This document shows positions 38,995 to 49,800 of a stretch of DNA of 64,000 bases, in pieces. This stretch comes from Planctomycetota bacterium (GTDB taxonomy: Bacteria > Planctomycetota > B15-G4): positions 128,001-192,000 of the forward strand of contig JBBQUR010000008.1 of assembly GCA_038212275.1 (NCBI GenBank), in the 5' to 3' direction. Numbering within the stretch: position 1 is the stretch's first letter; each line of letters opens with the position of its first letter. The notes beneath the pieces are model-generated. The model was not told the DNA's origin and did not search any database. It was given only the letters and a program-made list of their open reading frames with translations. The position numbers were made by a program, and so were the translations under genes.

Positions 38995-40878
38995 TCAGCG
39001 CGGCGCGACGCGGTAAAGCGCGAGCGGAATCGCCAGAGTGCCCTCCTGCAGTTCGATGACGTGCTCCGCGATCAACTGGCCCGGATGCGCCAGGCGCCAG
39101 GCGTCCACCATGGCCGCCACATCGGGCAGCTCGGGCGAGCAGTAGAGAAAGGCCGGGCGGCCCTGCGGCGTGTCGAGCACCAGAGCGCGCGCCGCCGTGT
39201 CGAAGCGCAGCGGCGTCGTGGGCAGGCCCGTCAGCTCGTGGATCATCTTGGGGATGTCCGACATCACGAGGTCGTCCGTGCCGGCGCGGGCCAGCAGCGC
39301 GTCGAGCAGCGAGAGCAGCTCGGGGCTGGTCTTGATGCGGTCAAAGCGCGGCTGCACCGGCTGCGCCATGCGCTGCGCGAGGAACGCCTCGTGATCGGAG
39401 CGCAGCTCGCGCAGGCTGCCGACGAAGGACACGCCCCACGCCAGGGCAAGCGCCGCGAGGGCCACGCGCTCGACGACCGGACGCGCCCCGACGAGGTCCA
39501 GCGAGCGCCAGCGCTGACGCAGGGCGAGCACCACGAAGCCCGCGCCGATCAGCGCGACGGCGAGGATGAGCGCCGCGTAGGCGCGTGACCAGCGGCCAGC
39601 AATCACCGGCGCCTCCGACGTGACCGTCGACAGCGTGAAGGCGAGGGCCAGCGCGCCGACAGCCAGCGCGATGCGCCCGGCGCGACTCGACGCGAGGCGC
39701 AGCACCAGTCCAAGCACGGGTCGCGCGCCCCACGCGAGCAGCACCAGCAGCACAGGCGCGAGCGGCTGGTAGAAACGCTGCTGCTGATTGAAGGGCCAGA
39801 TGGCGTACAGGCCGAGATAGACGATCGTGCTGACCACGGCGACCACCAGGCCGGCGCGCGCCGCCACGACCAGCCCGAGCAGGAGCAGCGCCAGCAGCGC
39901 GTAGCCGCCGGCGTGCAGCGCCCCGCTGCGTGAACTCACCGCGAGGTTGGCGCCCTTGTTGTCGTCGGCCACGAACTTTCCGAGCGAGAGCCCCAGCGCC
40001 GCCAGATTGCCCTGCACGCGCTCCGCCATCGCCGCCGACCACAGCGCGATCTTCGGCCGCGCCACGTCGACATTCTTCGTGAGGTCGAGCGCCGCCGCGG
40101 CGAAGAGCTCGTCGCCATAGTCCGAGGACGCGGCGCCGGGCGACGCCGTGCGGCTGGCGACGTAGGCCTTCTGCGCCACCATCGGCGCCACGCCGAGCGC
40201 CGCGAACAACAGCAGTTGCGCCAGCGTCCGCGGCTGCAGGTCCAGCCCTGGACGCGAGCGCGGGGCGTCGCGTGAGGCGTCGCGTGAGCGCAGCAGGCGC
40301 GCAAGGGCGATGCCGGCGATGGCGGCGAGGCCCGCGCTGCGCACCGAGACGGCGGCAGCCGCGCACAGTCCCGCCAGCAGCGCGCCGCGCCAGCCGCGCT
40401 GCTCGCGCCACGACTGCCCGGCCAGCAGCGCGGCAAGGAAGCACGCCGTGAAGAGCGTCTCGCTGCGCAGGTAGGCGACCGAGTACTGCACCAGGTAGAT
40501 GCTCGTCGCGCAGGCGAAGGCCGTCAGCAGCGCCGGGCCCGGCGCGAGCTTGAGCACGCGGCGGGCGATCGCGTAGGCCAGCACGATGTCGGCCAGGCCG
40601 AAGAGCGTGACGACATCGCGCATCGCCCCGTAGCAGGCCGGGTCGCCGGTGACGCGGATGGCCAGCGCGAGCACTGCGGGGAAGCCCGGCGGAAACTTGC
40701 CGTGCGGCACGCCCTGAAGCGCATAGCCGTCGCCCGCGACGACGGAGCGCGCGAGGCCGACGTACGCCGCGGCGTCCGGGTCGATGACCCAGTAGCCGCG
40801 CCCGGGCGCCGTGACGAGCAGCGCGCCGACCACGAAGACCAGCAGCGCGAGCAGCACGACCGCACGGCGCGAACTCAA
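38995..40878 (-). CDS. GT-C-like (PMT/ArnT family) polytopic membrane glycosyltransferase
   Basis: DAAAYVGLARS, FPPGFP, RSETLF, VRSAG, QRFYQP, many TM helices. Start uncertain (TTG 40878 chosen). Confidence 0.78.
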   Translation of the reverse strand: MSSRRAVVLLALLVFVVGALLVTAPGRGYWVIDPDAAAYVGLARSVVAGDGYALQGVPHGKFPPGFPAVLALAIRVTGDPACYGAMRDVVTLFGLADIVLAYAIARRVLKLAPGPALLTAFACATSIYLVQYSVAYLRSETLFTACFLAALLAGQSWREQRGWRGALLAGLCAAAAVSVRSAGLAAIAGIALARLLRSRDASRDAPRSRPGLDLQPRTLAQLLLFAALGVAPMVAQKAYVASRTASPGAASSDYGDELFAAAALDLTKNVDVARPKIALWSAAMAERVQGNLAALGLSLGKFVADDNKGANLAVSSRSGALHAGGYALLALLLLGLVVAARAGLVVAVVSTIVYLGLYAIWPFNQQQRFYQPLAPVLLVLLAWGARPVLGLVLRLASSRAGRIALAVGALALAFTLSTVTSEAPVIAGRWSRAYAALILAVALIGAGFVVLALRQRWRSLDLVGARPVVERVALAALALAWGVSFVGSLRELRSDHEAFLAQRMAQPVQPRFDRIKTSPELLSLLDALLARAGTDDLVMSDIPKMIHELTGLPTTPLRFDTAARALVLDTPQGRPAFLYCSPELPDVAAMVDAWRLAHPGQLIAEHVIELQEGTLAIPLALYRVAPR

Positions 40879-41033
40879 GGCGCGGACCTGCGGAAGAGGA
40901 ATGCTTGCAACGGAGGACGCTCCCGGGAACACGCCTTGCGGCGGCGCAGATCGTCCAACATCGCGGGGTCCGGTACGAGCCGGGAGTGCGGCCTCTGCGC
41001 GCCGGCCGCGCGGGGAATCGGCACCGGGAGCCG

Positions 41034-42986
41034 CTACGCCGTGGCGGCTGCGGCGAGGTAGGCGCCGAAGAGGTCCGACTCCGTGAGCCGGCCGACGACG
41101 CGGCCCTGCGCATCGACGACCGGAATCTCGGCCAGGTCGGCTGCGAGCATCGCGGCGGCCGCGGCGTGAAGGTCGTCGTCCGGGCCGACGGACACGGGCG
41201 GCTGCGCGATGTCCTCCACGATGGTGAAGGGCTGCGCCTCCGGATTGACCGCGAGAAAACGCACCGTCTCCGCCAGGACGAGGCCGACGAGCCTGCCGTC
41301 GCCGTCCAGCACGGGGATGACGTCCTGCCCCGCGGCGGCGGGCAGCCGCGCCATGAGTTCGTCGGCGCGCGTGGACTTCAGGACGGTGAGCCAGGCGCTC
41401 GGTGGCTTGAGCACGTCCGCGACGCGCCGTCCCGCGAGCAGCGCCAGCCCCAGCGTGCGGCGGTGCACGGGCGATTCGCGTCGCGTGGCCACCTGCGCTT
41501 CGTAGAGCGTGCGATGCCGCAGCAGCAGGAAGGCCACGCCGCCCGCGAGCATGAGCGGCACGAGCAGGTCGTAGCTGCCGGCCAGTTCGCACGTGAGGAC
41601 GAGCGCCGCGACGGGCACGTGCGCGATGCCGCCGTAGAAGGTGCCCATGCCGACGAGCGCAAAGGCGCCCGGATCGATCGATGGGTCGTGGAAGAGTTCC
41701 TGCGCCGCGCGCCCGAAGGCGCCGCCGAGCAGCGCGCCGAGCACGAGCGAGGGGGCGAAGTCGCCCGCACTGCCGCCGCTGCCGATGGTCGAACTCGACG
41801 CGAGCAGCTTGACCACGCAGAGCAGCAGCAGCAGTTCCGCGCCGCCCCAGCCCTCCGGCACGAGCGCCGAGCCGTCGATGGCGGCCTGCGCCGCGCCGTA
41901 GCCGCCGCCGAGGATGCCGAGCGACTGCCCCTCGTGCCCCACCTGCGTGCCGACGTAAAGCAGCAGCGGCAGCGTGAGCAGCCCGACTCCGAGGCCGCCG
42001 ATGCCGGGCCGGACCCACTCGGGCACGGGCAGCCGGCCGATGCCGCGTTTCACGCGCTCCAGCGTGGACTGGAAAAGCGCCGCCAGCGCGGCCACTCCCA
42101 CGGCCATGAGCACGTAGAGCGGCAGGTGCACCGGCGTGAACGGAAAGTGCCGCGTGACGCCGAACAGCGTGTGCTCACCGTGAATCAGGATGACGACGGA
42201 GTACGACACGACGCTTGCGAGAATGGCGGGCACCAGCGCCTCGGACTCGAAGTCGTCGCGGTAGAGCACCTCGATCGCGAGCAGCGCCGCGCCGAGCGGC
42301 GTGCGGAAGACGGCCGCGATGCCCGCCGCCACGCCGGCCACGAGCAGCAGCCGCCGCTCGCGGCGGTCCAGGTGCAGCAGTCGGCCGACGAGCAGGCCGA
42401 TCGCGCCGCCCATCTGCATCGTCGGCCCTTCGCGACCGCCTGCACCGCCGCTGCCCAGCGTGAGCACGGAGGCCAGGCCCTTCACCCAGAGGACGCGCCA
42501 TGGCGTGGGGCGGCCCGGTGCATCGTCCACGCCGTGATGGAATTCCTCGATCATCGCGTTGCCGCCGCCGCCGCGCGTGATCGGCGTGCGCCGCATGACC
42601 CAGCCCGCGAGCAGCGCGCCGAGCGCAGGCAGCACGACGACCATCCACGGCCGGAAGATGCGCGTCTCGAGATCCGGCGTGCCGTTCTCGCCGGCGGCGC
42701 GCAGCAGGGTCAGCCCCGCGCCGCGTTCGAGCAGCAGGTGCTGCGTCCACTCCAGCGCGGTGAAAAACACCGCGCCGAGCAGGCCGGCCAGCAGACCGAC
42801 GAGCGCCGCGTGCAGCAGCGCGCGCCCCACCATCTGCATCTCGAGCCCCGGGCCTTCGGGCACGAGCAGCTCCAGCAGTCCGCGGGCGCGGATGAGCGAG
42901 CGGGCACCGGGCCCTGGCGCCGAGGGCCCCTCGGGGCTGGTCTCGTCGGGTCGCGCAATCGGTGGCTGCGAGGGCATTGGAGGCAT
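41034..42986 (-). CDS. CLC family chloride channel/H+ antiporter with two CBS domains
   Basis: GGAGGREGP, FRTPLGAALLAIEVLY, GGSAGDFAP, C-terminal CBS pairs (PVLD..GRLVG, PVVD..GRVVG). Confidence 0.95.
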   Translation of the reverse strand: MPPMPSQPPIARPDETSPEGPSAPGPGARSLIRARGLLELLVPEGPGLEMQMVGRALLHAALVGLLAGLLGAVFFTALEWTQHLLLERGAGLTLLRAAGENGTPDLETRIFRPWMVVVLPALGALLAGWVMRRTPITRGGGGNAMIEEFHHGVDDAPGRPTPWRVLWVKGLASVLTLGSGGAGGREGPTMQMGGAIGLLVGRLLHLDRRERRLLLVAGVAAGIAAVFRTPLGAALLAIEVLYRDDFESEALVPAILASVVSYSVVILIHGEHTLFGVTRHFPFTPVHLPLYVLMAVGVAALAALFQSTLERVKRGIGRLPVPEWVRPGIGGLGVGLLTLPLLLYVGTQVGHEGQSLGILGGGYGAAQAAIDGSALVPEGWGGAELLLLLCVVKLLASSSTIGSGGSAGDFAPSLVLGALLGGAFGRAAQELFHDPSIDPGAFALVGMGTFYGGIAHVPVAALVLTCELAGSYDLLVPLMLAGGVAFLLLRHRTLYEAQVATRRESPVHRRTLGLALLAGRRVADVLKPPSAWLTVLKSTRADELMARLPAAAGQDVIPVLDGDGRLVGLVLAETVRFLAVNPEAQPFTIVEDIAQPPVSVGPDDDLHAAAAAMLAADLAEIPVVDAQGRVVGRLTESDLFGAYLAAAATA

Positions 42987-43329
42987 CGTGGCCAGCCGAC
43001 GCCCGCAGCGCCAGCCTCTCGCGGGAATGCGGGCAGGAAAGTTGCAGCCAGACGGCGGACTGGCTTTCCTCGCGGGGCCCGCGTGCGTATGGTCGGAATG
43101 CCGGTGGCGAGCGAGCGTGTGTCGAGCCTCGCGAGGAGGCGCGGGCGCGACGTGCAGGTGGTCGGGAGCGACCCGCCGATGGATGAGCCCGCCGATGTCC
43201 GCGACAGACTCAGGCCCGCCCCGAAGCGACGCGCTTTCGGACGGCAGAGTTCCGGCCGCCGCGCTTCCAGCCAGCCCGCTGCCAGTCGGCCCGCTGCCAG
43301 CAGGCGGGCCTCCGACGAGCGAAGCACCC

Positions 43330-43696
43330 ACCGGCGCGCGGCGCGACGCTGGCGCGCCGGCTCGGCTGCTTCACGCAGTCCCTCGACGGCGAGAACCCCG
43401 ATGCCTCGCTGCTGCTGCTGCCCACCATCGGCATCCTCAGCGCACGCGATCCGCGCTTCCTGCGCACGCTGGACGTCTTCGAGCGCGTGCTGGCGTACGC
43501 CAACCCGGTCGGGCTTTTCTCCGAGGACATCGATCCGAAAACGGGCGCGCTGCGCGTGAACTTCCCGCAGGCCTGCACCCACGTCGGGCTGATCAACGCG
43601 GCCATGACCATCGGGGATCTGATCGAGGCGCGGGTCGGACGCCTCGGCGCCTGGGCGCACAACACCGGCTCCCGACCGGCGCATCCCGCGCGCTGA
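43330..43696 (+). pseudogene. Glycoside hydrolase family 15 (trehalase/glucoamylase) C-terminal remnant
   Basis: In-frame LGCFTQSLDGENPDASLLLLPTIGILSARDPRFLRTL joined directly to DVFERVLAYANPVGLFSEDIDP..NFPQACTHVGLINAA. No N-terminal portion; in-frame stop at 43184-43186. Confidence 0.8.
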
Positions 43697-43797
43697 GGCC
43701 CCCAAGGTGCACGGGCGTCTGGCACCCCTCGCCCGGTACACTCGCCGCTTCGCGCGCGACGACGCGCACGGCCACACTCCGGAGCCTCGGGAACACG

Positions 43798-46695
43798 ATG
43801 TCGAAGATCACACTGGCTGCGTTGCTCGCGGCGTGCACCGTCACCTTCACGGCCTGCACCAGCACGAAGCACGACGAAGCGGCGCCGGCACCCGCCACCT
43901 CGACCTCGACCGCGACCGCAACCGCAGCCGCAGCCGCAGCCGTGACTGCGAACGCCATCGCCACCGCGACCGGCGGCGCCTTTCCCTACGCCACGCAGAC
44001 CACCGTGCTGCCCAACGGCCTGAAGGTCGTGCTCATTCCGATGCCAAGCCACGGGCTGTCCTCGTACTGGTCCGTCGTGCGGACGGGCAGCCGCGACGAG
44101 GTGGAACCCGGCGTGTCCGGCTTCGCGCACTTCTTCGAACACATGATGTTCCGCGGCACGGAGAAGCTGCCGGGCAGCGAGTACGACAAGATCGTCAACG
44201 GCATGGGCGCGGACGCCAACGCCTTCACCACCGACGACTTCACTGCCTACCACCTCGGCATGGCCACTGCGGACCTGCCGACGGTCATCGAGATCGAGGC
44301 GGACCGCTTCGCCAACCTCACGTACGACGAGTCGCAGTTCAAGACGGAGAGCGGCGCGGTCTACGGCGAGTTCCGCAAGGGGCGCACGAGCCCCTTCGAG
44401 GTGCTCTTCGAGTCCATGCAGAACACGGCCTTCGACAAGCACACCTACAAGCACACAACCATCGGCTTCGAGGCGGACGTGGCCGCGATGCCGGAGAAGT
44501 ACGAGTACAGCAAGGGCTTCTTCCAGCGCTTCTACAGGCCGGAAAACGTGGTCATCGTCGTCGCGGGAGACTTCGACCCGGCCTCGACGCTGGCGCTCAT
44601 CGAGAAGAACTACGGCGGCTGGAGCACCGGCTACAAGGCGCCGGCCGTGCCGACGGAACCGGAGCAGACCGCGCAGCGCCGCATCGACGTGCCCTTCGAC
44701 GGGCAGACGCTGCCGATCCTCGCGGTGGCCTTCAAGGGCGAGCGCCTGCTGCCGAACGACCGGCTCATGCTTGCAGGCACGCTCGCCGGCGAGCTGGCCT
44801 TCGGCGAGACCTCTCCGCTCTACAAGCAGCTCGTGCTCGACCAGCAGCGCGTGGACAGCATGTTCCCGATCTTCGGCTACAACCGGGACCCGAGCCTGTG
44901 GGCGGTGCTCGCGCTGGTGAAGGATCCGTCGGACGTGGCCGCCGTCGAGGGCGACATCTGGAGCGCCGTCGACGCGCTGCGTCGCGCGCCGCCCCGCCAG
45001 GAGCAGCTCGACGCGATCCGCTCGCGCATCAAGTACGGATTTCTCACCGGGCTGTCCACGCCGAACGGCGTGTGCTCGAGTCTGGCGCAGATGATCGCCA
45101 TCACCGGCGGCATCGAGGCCGTCAACCGGATCTACGCGACGATCGACGCGATCACTCCGCAGGACGTGCAGGACGCGGCCATCGCGTACCTCACGCCGGA
45201 GCGCAGCACCGTCGCCGTGCTGCACACCGCGGGCGAGCCGATTCCCGCGCCGAGGAGCGCCGCGCCGCAGGTGCTGCTGCCCGTCGCGCAGGACCCCAAC
45301 GTGGGCTTCGCCGTCTGGTTCAAGGTGGGCAGTCAGGATGATCCGCCGGGCAAGGAAGGCCTCGCGGAGCTGACGGCGAACATGCTCACCGGCGCCGGCA
45401 CGGCCACGCGCAGCTACGACGAGATTCTCGCGGCGCTCTACCCGCTGGCCGCGGGCATCGGCGCAAGCGTGGACCGCGAGATGACCGTCATCTCGGGCAG
45501 CACGCACCGCGACAACGTGTCGGCCTTCTATCCGCTGTTTACCGACACGCTGCTCGCGCCCGGTTTCCGCGAGGATGATTTCGCGCGCCTCAAGGACGGC
45601 GCGATCACCTATCTGGAGAAGGAGCTGCGCTACTCGTCGGACGAGGATCTCGGCAAGGCGACGCTGTCTTCGGTGGTCTTCGACGGCACGCCGTACGCGC
45701 ACATCGAGCAGGGCAGCGTTGAATCGCTGAAGTCCATCACGCTGGACGACGTGCGCGCCTTCTGGGCCGCCCACTACACCGCGGACAATGCCGTCATCGG
45801 GCTGGCGGGCGGCTACGCGCCGGCGCTGCCCGATCGGCTGCTCGCGGACCTCGCGCGGCTGCCGGCCGGCACGCCGGCCGTCACGCCCGCGCCGAAGCCC
45901 GCGGCCATCACGGGCCGGCACGTCACCATCGTGCAGAAGCCGGGGCCGTCCACGGCCATTTCCTTCGGCGCGCCCATCGAGGTGCTGCGCGGAAGCCGCG
46001 AGGCCTACGCGCTGGCCATCGCCAACTCGTGGCTCGGCGAACACAGAAACTCCAGCAGTCACCTCTACCAGGTCATCCGCGAGGCGCGCGGCATGAACTA
46101 CGGCGACTACAGCTACATCGAGGCCTACCCGAACGGCGGCCGCCGCAGCCTGCCCGGCACCGGTGCCGGCCGTCGCAAGCAGATGTTCGAGGTGTGGGTC
46201 CGCCCCGTGCCCGAAAAGAACGCCTTGTTCGCCCTGCGCGCCGCGCTGCGCGAGGTGGAGCTGCTCAACACGAACGGCCTCACGCAGGAGCAGTTCGACT
46301 TCACGCGCAAGTTCCTCAAGAGCTACGTGCTGCACTATGCCGAGACCAGCGACGACCGCCTCGGCTGGGCCATCGACGACCGCTTCTACGGCATCCCCGA
46401 GCCCGGTCACCTCGAGACCTACCGCCAGATGATGGACTCCATCACGCTGGAGGAGTGCAACGCCGCCATCCGCAAGTCGATCCAGGCGAACAATCTGCAG
46501 ATCGCGATCGTGACCGAGCACGCGCAGGAACTCGCCGACGCCCTCGCGGCGGACAAGGCCTCGCCCATCGACTACGGCACGATCGAGAAGCCGGCCGAGG
46601 TGCTGGAGGCGGACAAGCTGATCGAGAGCTGGCCGCTGAAGGTCGCGAAGAAGGACATCACGATCGTGCCGGTGGACGAGATGTTCCAGAAGTAG
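43798..46695 (+). CDS. M16 family zinc protease (pitrilysin-like), lipoprotein with two fused subunits
   Basis: Lipobox-like FTAC, GFAHFFEHMMF (HxxEH), ANAFTT, FYRPEN. The second half (GKEGLAELTANML, REARGMNYG) lacks the zinc motif. Confidence 0.95.
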   Translation: MSKITLAALLAACTVTFTACTSTKHDEAAPAPATSTSTATATAAAAAAVTANAIATATGGAFPYATQTTVLPNGLKVVLIPMPSHGLSSYWSVVRTGSRDEVEPGVSGFAHFFEHMMFRGTEKLPGSEYDKIVNGMGADANAFTTDDFTAYHLGMATADLPTVIEIEADRFANLTYDESQFKTESGAVYGEFRKGRTSPFEVLFESMQNTAFDKHTYKHTTIGFEADVAAMPEKYEYSKGFFQRFYRPENVVIVVAGDFDPASTLALIEKNYGGWSTGYKAPAVPTEPEQTAQRRIDVPFDGQTLPILAVAFKGERLLPNDRLMLAGTLAGELAFGETSPLYKQLVLDQQRVDSMFPIFGYNRDPSLWAVLALVKDPSDVAAVEGDIWSAVDALRRAPPRQEQLDAIRSRIKYGFLTGLSTPNGVCSSLAQMIAITGGIEAVNRIYATIDAITPQDVQDAAIAYLTPERSTVAVLHTAGEPIPAPRSAAPQVLLPVAQDPNVGFAVWFKVGSQDDPPGKEGLAELTANMLTGAGTATRSYDEILAALYPLAAGIGASVDREMTVISGSTHRDNVSAFYPLFTDTLLAPGFREDDFARLKDGAITYLEKELRYSSDEDLGKATLSSVVFDGTPYAHIEQGSVESLKSITLDDVRAFWAAHYTADNAVIGLAGGYAPALPDRLLADLARLPAGTPAVTPAPKPAAITGRHVTIVQKPGPSTAISFGAPIEVLRGSREAYALAIANSWLGEHRNSSSHLYQVIREARGMNYGDYSYIEAYPNGGRRSLPGTGAGRRKQMFEVWVRPVPEKNALFALRAALREVELLNTNGLTQEQFDFTRKFLKSYVLHYAETSDDRLGWAIDDRFYGIPEPGHLETYRQMMDSITLEECNAAIRKSIQANNLQIAIVTEHAQELADALAADKASPIDYGTIEKPAEVLEADKLIESWPLKVAKKDITIVPVDEMFQK

Positions 46696-46825
46696 GGGTT
46701 GAGCGGCAAAGGCGCCAGGCAGACGGGCGCGCGGGGTGAGATGTGACCAACTCCGAGAACGCCGAGTGATGGGCGTCCAGCTTCAAGCGTTGGCCATCGT
46801 TTCATGATGCCGAGATCGTGCGCGC

Positions 46826-49800
46826 TTAGTTCTCCCCCGACTCCCGCACCACGATCCGCCCGTCCGTCCCCACGCTGAAGACCTCGCCCGCCGCGAAGGC
46901 CAGCGCGCTGGTGCCTGCGCCGCCCGGCTCGAAGTCGATGAGGTTCTCGGCGAGGTGCGGGTCCCAGACGCGCAGCAGCTTGCCGTTGTAGGCCGCGGTG
47001 AAGAGGCGGCTGCCGTCCCGTGAGAAGGCGAGGCAGGGCACGCCGGATTCCAGGTCCGTGATCTCGCCTTGCGGCGCGAGTGTCGCGGTGTCGTAGATGC
47101 GGATCGTGCCGCCGGCGGCCAGTGCGACGGCGAGCTGTCGGCCGGGGCCGTCCAGCGCGATGACGTTGTCGTCGAAGGGCTCGCCGCGCTCCACGACGAC
47201 GCCGGTGCCGGCGGGCACGTCCCACAGGCGCACGCTGCCGTCCACCGAGGCGGTCGCGGCGCGGCGGCCGTCGGCGGAGACGGCCAGGCCGGTGATCGGC
47301 GCGGTGTGCCCGGCGAGCACGCTGCGCGCGCCGCTGGCGACGTCCAGCCGCACGAGCGTCGCACCGACGGCGGCCAGCAGGACAGCTCCGTGCTCGACGA
47401 GGGCCAGCGCCTCGATGCCGTCGTTGCCGGCGCGCAGTTCCGGGAGCCGACGGCCGGTGGCCAGCTCGATGAGCTGCACGGTGCCGTCCGTGCGGCCCGC
47501 GGCGAGCAGCGCGCCGTCGGCGTCCAGCGCCACGGCGCCGAGGTTTCCGGGGCCGAGCTCCAGCACGGAGGTCGCGCCGTCGCGCCAGACGGTGGCGCGC
47601 GCGGCGAGCGAGCTGCTCCACGCGACGACGCGCCCGTCGGTGCTGATCGAGAGCGAGTGCGGGCGCGGCCCGGGCCCCGACAGCTCGTGCACCGGACCGG
47701 CACCGAGGCGGTCCCACACGTAGGCCGTGCCGTCCATGCAGCCGCTCACGACGCGCCGGCCATCGGCGCTGAGGCCCAGCGAGGCGATGCGTCCGCCATG
47801 CCCCGCAAAAACCCCGACGACCGCACCGCGGAGCGGCAGCGCGACGGCCACCTCGGCAGCCGCATCGGCCGCGAGGTCCGCGACGCCCGCGCTTCCCGCG
47901 TCGAAGACGACCGGCGGGTCGGCCGGGGCCAGCGTCGGGGCCGGGGTCGTGTCCTGGGTCGGAGCGCTCGGCTCCTCTGCCGACGCGACCGGCTGCGCTT
48001 CCGACGGCGCCGCACCCGACAGCTCCGCGGGGTCAGTCGCCGCCCGCGTCGGCGTCGCGGCCGGCGCATCGAGGTCGTAGAGCACGACGGGCTCGTCGCC
48101 GGCGCTTGCGGAGGCGGCCCAGCGGCCGTCGGCGGAGAGCGCGAGCTTCGTCACCGGCCGCTCGTGCGCCTCCAGCCTGTCGCGCAGGACCCAGTCCGGT
48201 GCACCCCAGACGCGGACGCTGCCATCGGGCATGCCTGCCGCGACGATCTGGCCGTCCTTGCTCACGGCGACGACGGCCGGGCCGCGCTCGTAGTCGTTCA
48301 GCGCGAAGGGCAGCAGCTCGCCCGAGAGCGACCACAGCGTGACGACGCCGTAGGGCGAGCCCGTCACCAGCGTGCTGCCGTCGGCGGAGAGCGCGGCCGA
48401 CGCGATGCCCGCGACCTCGGGCGGCGAGCCGGGCAGCAGCGTGACGACGCCGCTGTCCCACAGCAGCACGCGGCCGTCGCGGCCGCAGGCGACGACGCGC
48501 GAGCCGTCGGCGTTCAGCGCCACCGCCGCCCACGCGCTGCCGTCGCCTGGAATCACGCCCAGCAGCGTGTCCCGCTGCGCGTCACGGATCTGCACGTCGC
48601 CCTCGGCGCCGGCGATGGCCAGCCGCCGCCCGTCCTCGGAGAGCGCGAGGACCTCGATGGTCCCGAGCCCCGCGCCGAAGGCCCCGCCGCGCGCGCCGGA
48701 GGCATCCCAGCTGCGCACGACCGAGTCCGCCGCGCCCGTGATCACGCGCCGACCGTCCGGCGAGATGACCACGGCGGTCGTGCCGCCCTCGTGCCCCGGC
48801 AGCAGCGTCACCGCGGAGTTCACGAGCAGCTTCGCGTGGCGCCACTCCCAGCCGCGCAGTTCCGGCGGGCAGGCCTCCAGCCGCTGCAGCGCCTCCACCG
48901 GATTGCCGCGCTGCATGTGCGCGGCGGCGGCGCGCAGGTTGGCGAGATACCCCTGCGCCCGCGCCTCCACCGTGCGCGACTCGGCCTCGCGCCTCAGACT
49001 GGATTCGCGCACCAGCATCGAGGCCACAATCACCAGCGAAAGGCCGCCGAGGAGCAGCCCCACCGCGCGCCCGGGGTGCCGCCGCGACCAGCGCCAGGCG
49101 CGGCCCGCCGCGCTCGGCCGCCGCGCGAGCACAGGCTCGTGCGCGAGCAACCGCCGCAGGTCGCCCACGAGCGCGCGCATGTCCTGATATCGCGCGTCCG
49201 GGTCCTTCTCCAGCGCCTTGAGGCACACTGCCGCCAGGTCTTCCGGCACGTCGCGAGCGCGCCGCGCCGGGTTCAGCGGGCGCTCGTCGCGCACCGCGGC
49301 CAGCACGTCCGTGATGGAGTCGCCGTCGAAGGCGCGTTCCAGCGTGAGCGCCTCGTACAGCACGGCGCCGAGGCTGAACACGTCGGAGCGCGCGTCCAGC
49401 GAGGCTCCACCCTCCGCCTGCTCCGGACTCATGTAGGCGCAGGTGCCGACGAGACTGTGCGAGGCGATTTCTCCGAGCCGCAGCGCAAGGCCGAAGTCGG
49501 ACACGCGCGGCCGGCCGTCCGGATCGATGAGGATGTTCCGTGGCTTGAGGTCGCGGTGCAGGATGCCCTGCTCGTGCGCGGCCTGCAGCGCTTCGGCGAT
49601 GTCGATGAACAGGGCCGCGAGACGCAGCGCGGAGGGTTCGCCGCGCGTGCGGCGACGCTCGATGAGATCGGCGAGCGTGGTGCCGTCGCCGACGATCTGC
49701 TGCACCACGAAGTGCACGCCCGAGGCCTCGCCCGCCGCGAAGACCGGCACGATGCCCGGATGGTTGATGCGCCCCGCCGCGCGCGCCTCGTGCAGCAGTC

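Noticed and set aside
43719..43735. TGGCAC upstream of the M16 protease as a sigma54 site
   Set aside because: There is no TTGC/GC at the required distance, and a TACACT -10 box nearby explains the promoter better.
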